Below are positions 31,185 to 40,642 of a DNA stretch of 64,000 nucleotides, piece by piece. The position numbers and the translations under genes are program-made. Source of the stretch: an uncultured Lachnospiraceae bacterium (lineage in GTDB: Bacteria; Bacillota; Clostridia; Lachnospirales; Lachnospiraceae); the NCBI GenBank assembly GCA_900544685.1, contig UQWA01000009.1:1348-65347 (forward strand). The letters are read 5' to 3'. The notes under the pieces are model-generated. The model made no database searches and was not told the origin of the DNA. It saw nothing but the letters and a program-made list of their open reading frames with translations. How positions within the stretch are numbered: the stretch's first letter is position 1; every line of letters begins with the position of its first letter.

Positions 31185-32162
31185 TCAAACTTCTTCCTGA
31201 TTTTTGTAAGGTTTCAAGTAGGCAGAATCGCTGCCTTTTTTCAAAGGTGTAGGGAGTGCCAGAATAATAATGGTAGCAATTACAAATACTGTTCCGATCA
31301 GATCCGGTGTAGTGAAGCTGACTTTCATCCATACTGCAGTTAATACCATAGAGGCTACCGGTTCCACGCAGGAATAAAGGCTTGCCTTTACAGATCCGAT
31401 CATTTTTACTCCTGTCATATACATGGAGAATCCGGCCATGGTTCCAAACAGAATGATGAAGGTAAGGGCTGTGAATGTTTCACCGTCAAAGATCACCTTA
31501 TTATTCCAGGGACGGAATGCTATGGTAAGAGCTGTACCGCCGATCAGCATTCCCCATGCCAGTATCAGAGGCGTGTCAAATTCAGCCTGCATTCTGGCGG
31601 GTTTTACCGTGTAGATTACTACAGAAACTGCAGAAATCAGCCCCATAATCAGAGCTTTTTGAGATAATGCCAGTGTAGTTGGATTCCCATGAGTGGCAAT
31701 CAGGAAAATACCGGTAACTGCCAGGATAACTCCCAGAACTTCTTTTTTTTCTGGCAAACGCTTCGTTTGCAGACATACCCAGACAACGATCAGCGCAGGT
31801 CCAAGATACTGAATAACCGTAGCAGTTCCTGCATTGGACCATTCGATAGTCTGAAAATAACTGTACTGGCATAACATCATTCCTGCCAGACCATAAATAA
31901 TAATGTCAATTCTGTTTCTTTTGGTTTTCCATATGTTAAATGCTTTCCCTTTATCTCGAATTAAATAATAACACAGCAGTAAAAAACCAGCTGTTACCAG
32001 ACGTAAAGGAACCAGCCAGGATGCAGTGACATCTTTGTTCTGGAACAGAAACTGTCCGCAGACACCGGAAATTCCCCAGAGAATTCCACCGGAAATGGTC
32101 AAAAATGTTCCAATAATGGTTCCTTTTTTTGTATTTATCTTGTTTTTATCGTTTTTGTGCAT
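31185..32162 (-). CDS. DMT/EamA-family transporter
   Basis: ILWGISG, ATVIQYLGP, EPV; about 10 TM helices. Confidence 0.9.
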   Translation of the reverse strand: MHKNDKNKINTKKGTIIGTFLTISGGILWGISGVCGQFLFQNKDVTASWLVPLRLVTAGFLLLCYYLIRDKGKAFNIWKTKRNRIDIIIYGLAGMMLCQYSYFQTIEWSNAGTATVIQYLGPALIVVWVCLQTKRLPEKKEVLGVILAVTGIFLIATHGNPTTLALSQKALIMGLISAVSVVIYTVKPARMQAEFDTPLILAWGMLIGGTALTIAFRPWNNKVIFDGETFTALTFIILFGTMAGFSMYMTGVKMIGSVKASLYSCVEPVASMVLTAVWMKVSFTTPDLIGTVFVIATIIILALPTPLKKGSDSAYLKPYKNQEEV

Positions 32163-32197
32163 ATCAAATCGTCCCTCAAAAGTTATTTGCCAAAGTG

Positions 32198-32226
32198 AGT
32201 ATAGTAGTCCCCATGATGCTTGTCAA
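32198..32226 (-). promoter_or_regulatory. Sigma-A promoter of the EamA gene
   Basis: Minus strand TTGACA-17 nt-TATACT. Confidence 0.7.
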
Positions 32227-32371
32227 GGAAACAAAATTGAATCTATTATTTTAAACAATATTGTAGGTTCGTTGTCAACCATGCAATCCGGGAGACTATA
32301 GCCGAAATTGGAAGATAATAAATAAGAAAAAACAGAATATTCTGAATATTTAATTCAAACAAAAAAAGAGA

Positions 32372-32400
32372 TTGACAATTATAAAAAACAATGATATAGT
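32372..32400 (+). promoter_or_regulatory. Sigma-A promoter with extended -10, not followed by any long ORF
   Basis: TTGACA-17 nt-TATAGT with TG two bases upstream of the -10. Confidence 0.75.
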
Positions 32401-32406
32401 AAACAT

Positions 32407-32866
32407 ATCAAAAGAAAACAGAACTAACAAAAGCAAAGGAAATTTATTCCGACAAATAATAGAAGAAAAAGTTAGTAGAAAATCTGAATTCTTTAGATAT
32501 CAGGAGGACGGACCGATGGCATAAGTAGATTTCCCATCAAACCAAAATCTAAGAAAGAGGTATAGTCCAATGGCAACATAAATCTTAACCCAAAGAAAAA
32601 ATCTCTTAAAAGAGTTTACATAGATAGAACAATGAATTGGAAGAAAAAGTCATTGAATGTAAATGAAGGAGATGATTTCATATGAAAGGCAGAGATCCAT
32701 AACGGACAAGACCAAAATGAAAAACTAAGAATTGGAGGTACGGTCCAACAAAAACTTAATTTAAAAATCGTAATCTAAGAAAGCTGAAGGTGTAGACAAT
32801 GAAATTGCTGGAAATTCATTAAGAGCCCGATCGAGAGGAAAAAGAATCGATCGGGCTTATTTTTTG
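32407..32866 (+). ncRNA. Putative ~450-nt transcript made of repeated SD-plus-minigene units
   Basis: Bounded by the promoter at 32372 and the terminator at 32824; carries five SD-like motifs, four followed by 2-7-codon ORFs. Confidence 0.55.
32824..32866 (+). terminator. Rho-independent terminator
   Basis: AGCCCGATCGA / TCGATCGGGCT stem followed by TATTTTTT on the + strand. Confidence 0.85.
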
Positions 32867-32890
32867 CTTTATAAGAAAGAAATTGACTGG

Positions 32891-34318
32891 TTATCTTCTT
32901 CTGTCTATGCCGCTTGTGCGGTAATAGCAGGATTTACTTTTGTACATTCTCGCATCTGCCGCCTTTGCAATGTCATAGATTCCGTTCCATTCTTTCTCTG
33001 AACTAAAGACGTATCCGTATGAGATACTCATAGAATCTACCAGTTCGCCTCTCCATTTGGCAGACTTTTGGTCAAAGTTTGCGATAAGATTTGGAAGAAC
33101 ATCCGTTTTCTCGGTGATAATGATAACAAATTCATCTCCACCGATTCTGTAGACGTTTCCATAATTCTGAAAACATGATTTCATACAATCTGCAGCTGCG
33201 CATATAAGTTCATCTCCTGCAGCATGTCCAAGAGAATCATTTACGCGTTTGAGACCGTTGATATCCATGGAAATATAAATCCAGTCTTTGTGAAGATCAA
33301 GACTGTGTATGGCTGTTTCATAAGCATGTCTGTTAAAACATTTTGTGAGTTCGTCGGTGTTTGATGTATAAATCAGTTTTTCTTTTTCAAATTTTTCTTT
33401 TAGAACTCGTGAGAGCATATATACCATACAACAGGATGCCAGTACAAGATATATGCCAACTATAAATACAGCATATATATTATTCCTTAGATAAAAGGAA
33501 CTTTCCATAGTAACGGCAATGATATATGTATCATCAAGACACAGGAAACACCTGCAGAGTTTTCCATTCACCTTTGTGTGGAAAGTGACTGTCTTACTGT
33601 CATTTACTCTATCAGTTGCGATACCAAGATCATCGAGTACTTCTCCGATCCAGGTACGGTTGGTAGCTCCTTTTACAATCTTTGTCCCGGCATCTGCCAC
33701 AAAAATTTCGATTCCTTTATAAAGAGGCATGGCGCTTACGACATTAGAGATTTCGTTCTGCTTTAACTCGTGCAGAAGGCGTGTCGGTTCGATGCCTATC
33801 TGAATCATCCTTGTACCGGCTTCGTTCCAGGTGATAGCATACATCATCTCTTTCTTTTCGGCGGTATTAGGCGTGACATCCTGACACATGGTAAGATCCT
33901 TGTCAGTAAGCATCGGCTTAAAATATGACATCTGTTCTCCTGAGTCGAAATTGTAGCCATAGTATTTTGGCATAGACCCACTATAGATATATCCGTTTTT
34001 ATCAATCAGATGTATCTCATCTACGGAGATCAACTTTGCTATTTTCTGCAATTCTTCTACATCATGCTCTGCCGTTGGTTTTGCATCTATGATATATGAT
34101 GCAGCTTTCGCTCTTATTATATAATCGTCCTTTAGCGATTCAATGAGTCCCTTTTCATTCTCATCATTTTTATTGAGCACGGTGATTACACGATCAAGAA
34201 GTACTTCTGACATCTGATAGGTGTTGCTGTCATTTACAGATTTTAAAATTCCGGCCTCAAGTAATAATGCAACCACAATGATTACAAAAGCCAGAAAAGC
34301 GAGTTTTTTCTTTTTCAT
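32891..34318 (-). CDS. Membrane-anchored diguanylate cyclase
   Basis: Two TM helices flanking a sensor domain; DELT, DINGLKRVND, GHAAGD, RIGGDEF; no obvious RxxD I-site. Confidence 0.92.
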   Translation of the reverse strand: MKKKKLAFLAFVIIVVALLLEAGILKSVNDSNTYQMSEVLLDRVITVLNKNDENEKGLIESLKDDYIIRAKAASYIIDAKPTAEHDVEELQKIAKLISVDEIHLIDKNGYIYSGSMPKYYGYNFDSGEQMSYFKPMLTDKDLTMCQDVTPNTAEKKEMMYAITWNEAGTRMIQIGIEPTRLLHELKQNEISNVVSAMPLYKGIEIFVADAGTKIVKGATNRTWIGEVLDDLGIATDRVNDSKTVTFHTKVNGKLCRCFLCLDDTYIIAVTMESSFYLRNNIYAVFIVGIYLVLASCCMVYMLSRVLKEKFEKEKLIYTSNTDELTKCFNRHAYETAIHSLDLHKDWIYISMDINGLKRVNDSLGHAAGDELICAAADCMKSCFQNYGNVYRIGGDEFVIIITEKTDVLPNLIANFDQKSAKWRGELVDSMSISYGYVFSSEKEWNGIYDIAKAADARMYKSKSCYYRTSGIDRRR

Positions 34319-34405
34319 GTATATATTTTATCATGCTTTTTGCAGATAAACCACAGAAAACCTTTTAGATACGTATTTTTTATCATAATATGGCACGAAT
34401 GTGAA

Positions 34406-34635
34406 AAATTATAGGACCACTGATCCGATACTATTAAATAAGGTACCAATTTTTAAAAAATTGGTCCTATCAATTTAAATGAAAATATATATACAAAAAT
34501 GTTTAAAATGCTGAAAATTCAGAATTAAGATGGAAAACACCGATTAATTATTGACAAAATGTAAGATTAAATATACGATATGAATATGAAAACGGTGCGT
34601 GCTATTTTTTGAAAATTTAATTGGTAGAACCAATA
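34406..34635. promoter_or_regulatory. Cluster of FadR-type operators around the oxidoreductase operon promoter
   Basis: AATTGGTAGAACCAATA (34619-34635), AATTGGTCCTATCAATT (34459-34475) and two weaker copies; TTGACA at 34551. Confidence 0.65.
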
Positions 34636-34661
34636 AACCAAAAGCAAGGCAGTAAAGGAGG

Positions 34662-34862
34662 ATGGAAATGGGAATTGTAGTACACAAGGAACGGTGCAAA
34701 GGGTGCGGATATTGTGTAGAGACATGCAAGCAGAAGGCTCTTTCTTTTTCAGAACATATGAATGATCAGGGAATTGTTTATGTTCAGGTAGATGAGTCTA
34801 AATGTGTGGGATGTGGATTGTGTTACACAATGTGCCCTGATCTTGTTTTTGAAATCAATTAA
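34662..34862 (+). CDS. 2x[4Fe-4S] ferredoxin, delta subunit of a 2-oxoacid:ferredoxin oxidoreductase
   Basis: CKGCGYCVETC and CVGCGLCYTMCP. Confidence 0.9.
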   Translation: MEMGIVVHKERCKGCGYCVETCKQKALSFSEHMNDQGIVYVQVDESKCVGCGLCYTMCPDLVFEIN

Positions 34863-34876
34863 AGGAGGTATTTGGT

Positions 34877-35938
34877 TTGGCTAAGAAAATTTTGATGAAA
34901 GGCAACGAAGCATTAGCTGAGGCAGCAGTACGAGTTGGCTGCCGACTGTATTGTGGATATCCAATCACACCTCAGACCGAAATCATGGAGTATCTTTCCG
35001 GAAGAATGCCTCAGGTTGGAGGAAGCTACATTCAGGCAGAAAGTGAAGTTTCCGCAATTTCTATGTTGTTTGGTGCGGCAAGTACCGGATATCGTGTTAT
35101 CACTGCTTCATCCGGACCTGGATTTTCTCTGAAGCAGGAAGGTATTTCTTATATTGCTTCTCAGAATCTTCCGGCTGTAATCGTAGACGTATGTCGTTAT
35201 GGAAGTGGATTGGGACTGATCTCACCAGGTCAGGGCGATTACTTCCAGGCTACCAAGGGCGGCGGTCATGGCGATTATCAGCTTCCTGTATTTGCACCAC
35301 ATACGATTCAGGAGAGCGTAGACCTGATCGCATTGGCATTTGATAAAGCAGAAGAATATCTCACACCGGTTATCCTGCTTACTGACGGAGCGTTAGGTCA
35401 GATGATGGAAGGTGTGGAATTACCTGAGATGCAGCCTGTAGATCCGGAGAAACCATGGGCATTAAAAGGTATGGGTGATGGAAAAGCAAGATATTATCGT
35501 ACAGCTGCTTATGATGGACCACAGTATGACACATTCATTCGTGAGAAATTTAAAAAGATGCAGGAAAACGAGCAGAGATATGAAAAGATCTGCGTAGATG
35601 ATGCAGATGTTGTATTGGTTGCTTATGGTATTTCCGCAAGAATCTGTAAACGTGCAGTGAAGATGGGTCGTGAAAAAGGAATGAAGATTGGTCTGTTACG
35701 TCCGATTTCCCTGTGGCCATTCCCAATGGATGTATTTAAAGAAGTTCGAAAACATGCAAAAGCATTTCTTTCTGTAGAAATGAGTGCGATCGGTCAGATG
35801 GTGGAAGATGTCGCTTTGGCTGCGCATGGAGAAGTTCCTGTTTACCTGCTGGCAAGTGGTATGAACCCACCGAAAGAACAGGATATCCTGAAGAAAGCAC
35901 AGGATATTTTAGACGGAAAAGAAAAGGAGGTATTTTAA
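34877..35938 (+). CDS. 2-oxoacid:ferredoxin oxidoreductase alpha subunit (VorB-like)
   Basis: KGNEA, GYPITPQ, QAESE, SSGPG, GGGHGDY. Confidence 0.92.
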   Translation: MAKKILMKGNEALAEAAVRVGCRLYCGYPITPQTEIMEYLSGRMPQVGGSYIQAESEVSAISMLFGAASTGYRVITASSGPGFSLKQEGISYIASQNLPAVIVDVCRYGSGLGLISPGQGDYFQATKGGGHGDYQLPVFAPHTIQESVDLIALAFDKAEEYLTPVILLTDGALGQMMEGVELPEMQPVDPEKPWALKGMGDGKARYYRTAAYDGPQYDTFIREKFKKMQENEQRYEKICVDDADVVLVAYGISARICKRAVKMGREKGMKIGLLRPISLWPFPMDVFKEVRKHAKAFLSVEMSAIGQMVEDVALAAHGEVPVYLLASGMNPPKEQDILKKAQDILDGKEKEVF

Positions 35939-36706
35939 ATGGATAAAACATTTAAAGCGCCTGAAATCTTAAATCCTACATCGGGATTTTGCGCAGGCTG
36001 TGGACATGGAATTATCAATCGAATTCTGGCAGAAACGTTAGAAGAAATGCAGTTAGAAAAGAAAACAATTATTGCATTGGCAGTCGGATGTTCCTGTATC
36101 ATGAGTACCTTCTTTCAGGTAGATAAAATTTTAGGACCACACGGAAGATCACCGGCAGTTGCCACAGGTATCAAGAGATTACGTCCGGACAATCTGGTTT
36201 TAACTTATCAGGGTGATGGTGATATTTCTTCCATCGGAACAGCGGAAATTGTACACGCAGCAGCCAGAAATGAAAAGATTACGACAATCTTTGTAAATAA
36301 TGGTGTGTATGGTATGACAGGTGGACAGATGGCACCTACGACTCTTCCGGAACAGAAGACAGCAACATCTCCAATGGGAAAAGATGTAGAAACGGCCGGT
36401 ATGCCAATCAAACTTTCAGAGATGTTATCCGTTCTTCCGGTTGCATATATCGCGAGAGGTTCTGTGCATAGTCCGGCAGAGATTCGTAAAACCAAGAAAT
36501 ATATAAAAGCAGCAATTGAAAAACAGCTCAATGGAGATGGATTTGCTATGGTAGAAATCCTTTCCCCATGTCCGACGAATTGGCATATGACTCCGGTTGC
36601 AGCTATGAAACATATTGAACAAGAAACCATCCAGTATTATCCGTTGGGAGAAATGGTAAATAATGTACGAGTAGATGGAAGAATGGTTAAAAAAGGAGGC
36701 GAATGA
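35939..36706 (+). CDS. 2-oxoacid:ferredoxin oxidoreductase beta subunit (TPP-binding)
   Basis: FCAGCGHG, YQGDGD, NNGVYGMTGGQ, SPCPTNW. Confidence 0.92.
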   Translation: MDKTFKAPEILNPTSGFCAGCGHGIINRILAETLEEMQLEKKTIIALAVGCSCIMSTFFQVDKILGPHGRSPAVATGIKRLRPDNLVLTYQGDGDISSIGTAEIVHAAARNEKITTIFVNNGVYGMTGGQMAPTTLPEQKTATSPMGKDVETAGMPIKLSEMLSVLPVAYIARGSVHSPAEIRKTKKYIKAAIEKQLNGDGFAMVEILSPCPTNWHMTPVAAMKHIEQETIQYYPLGEMVNNVRVDGRMVKKGGE

Positions 36707-36709
36707 TTC

Positions 36710-37243
36710 ATGAAAGAAATCCTGATTGCCGGTTTTGGTGGACAAGGCGTTCTTGCGACAGGCGTAATTTTAGCGAATGCGGCATTACGTGCAGACTTAC
36801 AGACCTGCTGGCTTCCGTCCTATGGTGGAACCATGCGAGGCGGTACAGCAAACTGTTCCGTAAAGATTTCAGATGATGAAATCGGAAGTCCTTATATTGA
36901 TGAACCGGATGTTCTGGTCGTATTTAATGAACCATCCTATGTAAAATTCTATAATCGCTTAAAACCAGGCGGATATCTGTTTGTAAACAGTACATTGGTA
37001 CATAAAGAAAATACAAGAGATGATATTCATGTTATCTGTGAACCGGTTACAGAGATTGCGACAGAGCTTGGAAATGTGCGTGCGGCAAACGTCGTAATGT
37101 TAGGTGTGATTCTTTCCCATCTGCCGATGGTATCTCTGGATGCTGCGAAAATATCTCTGGAAGAATATTTCGAGCCAAAGGGACAGAAGATGATAGACTT
37201 TAACAGAAATGCACTGGAAGTAGGTTACGCTAGGAAAGGCTGA
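36710..37243 (+). CDS. 2-oxoacid:ferredoxin oxidoreductase gamma subunit
   Basis: AGFGGQGV, PSYG..MRGGTA, ANVVMLG. Confidence 0.92.
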   Translation: MKEILIAGFGGQGVLATGVILANAALRADLQTCWLPSYGGTMRGGTANCSVKISDDEIGSPYIDEPDVLVVFNEPSYVKFYNRLKPGGYLFVNSTLVHKENTRDDIHVICEPVTEIATELGNVRAANVVMLGVILSHLPMVSLDAAKISLEEYFEPKGQKMIDFNRNALEVGYARKG

Positions 37244-37255
37244 CAGGGTGAAGGA

Positions 37256-39346
37256 ATGAACGTACAAGATTTGTTATGTCCCAAAACAGTTGCCATCGTT
37301 GGAGCCAGTGAAAAATCTGGATTTGGAAGATATACGACAGAAAATATCTTAAAAGGCGATTTAGGAGAAGAGGTTTATCTGGTACATCCGAAGCGTGAGG
37401 AAGTGCTTGGACATAAATGTTATCCTTCTCTTGCAGCAATCGGAAAACAGATTGATCTGGTGATTCTGTGTACTCCAATGCAGACCGTCAATGGACTGCT
37501 TCTGGAGGCAGCAGAGGTCGGAGCCAAAGGCGTCGTAGTATTTGCCAGCGGATACAGTGAAGCCGGAGAAGAAGGAAAGAAAGCTCAGGAAGAACTGATT
37601 CGCATTGCGAAAGAACATGACCTTGCAATCTGCGGACCAAACTGTGGTGGATTTATCAACAATGAAAAAGGTATTTTTGCTTTTGGCCTTCGAATGGAAG
37701 AGAGAAAACAAAAAGGAAATATCGGATTGATCTCACAAAGTGGTCAGATCTGTTCCATGCTTTCGACGATTCCATATCTGCATTTTTCCTATCTGATTTC
37801 CAGCGGAAATAATGCGGTAGTAGGTGTAGAAGATTATCTGGAATACCTGGTAGATAATGAAGAAACCAAAGTTGTAGCTGTATATCTGGAAGGAATTAAA
37901 AAACCTGTACAATTTGTACGCGTGTTAGCCAAAGCAGCAAAGATGAGAAAACCGATCATTGCGTTGAAGGTAGGTGCTTCTGAAAAAGCACAGAAAACCA
38001 CAACAGCACATACCGGCAGTATGGCCGGATCGGATCGGACATTTGATGCATTGTTTAAAAAATATGGTGTCGTTCGTGTAGATGATATGGAAGATCTGAT
38101 GGAGACAGCACTGTTGTTCAGTATTCTGACACAGAAGGTAACGACAGATGCGATTGCAATCTGCAATGTATCCGGCGGCGAAGCGGCGATTTCAGCAGAT
38201 ACCTGTCAGAGAGCCGGCGTGAAGCTGGGCGATTTCACAGAAAATACTATCGAAGTGATCAGAAGTCGTCTTCCGGGATTTGCATCTGTGAATAATCCAT
38301 TGGATATGACATCGACACTTGTGCGAGATCATGATAATTATCATGCAACCGTAGAAGCCCTGATGCAGGAACCAAATATTGGTTTGATCGCAATGGGACA
38401 CAACCCACCTGAAAAAGTAGCTTTACAGGATAGAAAAATTGATTTTGGACTGGCCGACCAGTTAATCGATATTCAGAAAGATGCAACGAAACCGATCGTG
38501 ATCCTGTCTGGATTTTCCAGAAAAAGAGATCCGGAATTGCGTGAGTATTACGCAGAGCATCATATCGCTATGCTGGAAAATCCAAAATACGGACTGGCTG
38601 CCATTCGCCGATATGTCGAATTTTGTCAGTACGATCCGGAAAAGAGGACATTGACAGATGCAGTTCCGACAGGAACAGCCGGTAAAGAGCGTGAAGTACT
38701 TTCCGAAAAAGACAGCAAAGAATTATTAAAAGAATATGGTATTTCCATACCAAAAGAAGGAACTGCTGCTACAAAAGAGGAATTGCTTCGTGTGGTTCGT
38801 GAAATCGGTTTCCCTGTAGTATTAAAGATAGACTCTGCCGATGTTCCACATAAAACGGATGTGGGCGGTGTAAAATTAAATATTAACTCAGAAGAAGAAG
38901 CCCTGGCAGCATTTGACGAGATTCTTGCAAATGTGAAAAAGCATGTACCGGATGCGAAAGTAGATGGGGTACTGGTGGCTCAGATGCTTCGAAAGGGTAC
39001 TGAGATGATATTGGGTATTCATCGTGATTCCCAGTTCGGACCGATGGTACTGATTGGATTCGGAGGAATTTTTGTAGAACTGTTTAAAGACAGTGCATTG
39101 TATCCGGCTCCATTTGGAAAAGAAGAAGCATTAGAGATGATCCGTTCCCTGAAAACCTATCCATTATTGAGTGGATATCGCGGTTCTGCACCGTTAGCAA
39201 TTGACCAATTGGCAGATATGCTGGTGAAGATGGGAAATCTTGCGGTAGAGAAAAAAGAAGAAATCAGCGAGCTTGATATGAATCCGGTATTTGTATACGA
39301 AGATTCTGTCTGTGCGGTAGATGCGCTGGTGGTAAAAAGTAAATGA
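37256..39346 (+). CDS. ADP-forming acyl-CoA synthetase (fused alpha/beta, acetate--CoA ligase family)
   Basis: VAIVGAS, GPNC, SQSG, AHTGS phospho-His, NNPLD and the ATP-grasp HKTDVGGV. Confidence 0.9.
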   Translation: MNVQDLLCPKTVAIVGASEKSGFGRYTTENILKGDLGEEVYLVHPKREEVLGHKCYPSLAAIGKQIDLVILCTPMQTVNGLLLEAAEVGAKGVVVFASGYSEAGEEGKKAQEELIRIAKEHDLAICGPNCGGFINNEKGIFAFGLRMEERKQKGNIGLISQSGQICSMLSTIPYLHFSYLISSGNNAVVGVEDYLEYLVDNEETKVVAVYLEGIKKPVQFVRVLAKAAKMRKPIIALKVGASEKAQKTTTAHTGSMAGSDRTFDALFKKYGVVRVDDMEDLMETALLFSILTQKVTTDAIAICNVSGGEAAISADTCQRAGVKLGDFTENTIEVIRSRLPGFASVNNPLDMTSTLVRDHDNYHATVEALMQEPNIGLIAMGHNPPEKVALQDRKIDFGLADQLIDIQKDATKPIVILSGFSRKRDPELREYYAEHHIAMLENPKYGLAAIRRYVEFCQYDPEKRTLTDAVPTGTAGKEREVLSEKDSKELLKEYGISIPKEGTAATKEELLRVVREIGFPVVLKIDSADVPHKTDVGGVKLNINSEEEALAAFDEILANVKKHVPDAKVDGVLVAQMLRKGTEMILGIHRDSQFGPMVLIGFGGIFVELFKDSALYPAPFGKEEALEMIRSLKTYPLLSGYRGSAPLAIDQLADMLVKMGNLAVEKKEEISELDMNPVFVYEDSVCAVDALVVKSK

Positions 39347-39379
39347 TAAAAAGTCGAGTAAAGACAGAAAGGACAAATT

Positions 39380-40504
39380 ATGAAGAGAGATCCGTATTTA
39401 GTTATTGAATGGTCAGACAGAGAAAGTGAAGCAAGAGGATGGCTGGTAGTAGATAGTATTGCAGATGAAAAATCTGCCGGTGGACTTCGTATGAGTCCTA
39501 CCGTAAACCGGGTAGAAGTAGAACGTCTGGCACAGGTTATGTCTTATAAATACCGTGCAGCAGAAGCGGTTTCCGGCGGATCCAAAGCAGGTATCATCTA
39601 TGATTGTCATAAAGAAGATCATCTTGATGTTTTAAAGAGATTCCTGACAGCAATGCGTCCATATACATTTGAAGGTGTAACAATCGGTGCCGATCTGGGA
39701 ACCAACCCGGATGATATCCGTGCTATTAAGAAAGAACTGGGAATTGAAGACCGTCTGGCAAAATCCATTCGTGAAAATCCAGAAAGAGCGAAAAAAGCAA
39801 ATGAAGATCTGGCAAAATTAAGAGAAGCCAGTGTAGAAGGGTTTTCAATGGACCGTCTGGTTACCGGTTTTGGTGTGGCACAGGCGGCAGATCAGGCATG
39901 GAAACGTCTGCATGGTGATCAGAAAGCGAAAGTATCCATCCAGGGATTTGGAAGCGTTGGCGGAAGCTGTGCTCGTTATCTGCAGAAGATGGGATATCAG
40001 GTTGTAGCTATTTCCGATATCAATGGTATGTATTATAATGAAAATGGACTGGACATTGCAGATCTGCTCGGAGCAAGAAACTTACTGGGTGAAGTAGATG
40101 TATCTAAGATGAAGACACCATGTGAAGTTCGCGGACGTGATGAATGGCTGGGACTGGATGTTGATATTATCATCCCTGCAGCTGTTGAGGATATTATCAA
40201 CAAAGAAACAGCACCTACCGTTCGTGCATCTCTGATCGTAGAAGGAGCAAATATTCCGACTACAGAAGAAGCAGATGAAATTCTTCATAAGATGGGTGTT
40301 CATATTGTTCCTGACTTCATTGCAAACCAGGGATCCATTTGTTACTTCACATCTATCCAGAATGCAAAATGTGAGCCGACTCCGGAAGGCGTTATGGACC
40401 GCCTGAGTGATGTAATTCGAAGAGGCGTAGATAAGACATTTGACTATGCAAAAGAACATGGAGTAACAGAGCGAGAAGCAGCCTGGACTATTTTTGAAAA
40501 ATAA
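39380..40504 (+). CDS. Glu/Leu/Phe/Val dehydrogenase family protein
   Basis: GGLRM, MSYK, GGSKAG, QGFGSVG, EGANIP, PDFIAN. Confidence 0.9.
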   Translation: MKRDPYLVIEWSDRESEARGWLVVDSIADEKSAGGLRMSPTVNRVEVERLAQVMSYKYRAAEAVSGGSKAGIIYDCHKEDHLDVLKRFLTAMRPYTFEGVTIGADLGTNPDDIRAIKKELGIEDRLAKSIRENPERAKKANEDLAKLREASVEGFSMDRLVTGFGVAQAADQAWKRLHGDQKAKVSIQGFGSVGGSCARYLQKMGYQVVAISDINGMYYNENGLDIADLLGARNLLGEVDVSKMKTPCEVRGRDEWLGLDVDIIIPAAVEDIINKETAPTVRASLIVEGANIPTTEEADEILHKMGVHIVPDFIANQGSICYFTSIQNAKCEPTPEGVMDRLSDVIRRGVDKTFDYAKEHGVTEREAAWTIFEK

Positions 40505-40642
40505 CAAACAGAAAGGATGTTTGTAAAACAGAACGAATTTCATACCAAGACTCCTGTGCGAGTCTTGGTATAAAAATAAAGGAAAAGAAGATGAGAAATA
40601 AGAAGTTGATAAGGATGTAGATAAAAAGGTAGGAGGTAGCGT

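Noticed and set aside
32480..32822. CRISPR array or type III TA antitoxin repeats
   Set aside because: Repeats are short, degenerate and irregularly spaced; no cas or toxin gene is adjacent
32407..32866. Classical CsrB-like sRNA
   Set aside because: GGA motifs are few and not obviously in hairpin loops, and most SD motifs are followed by correctly spaced ATGs; kept only as a secondary hypothesis
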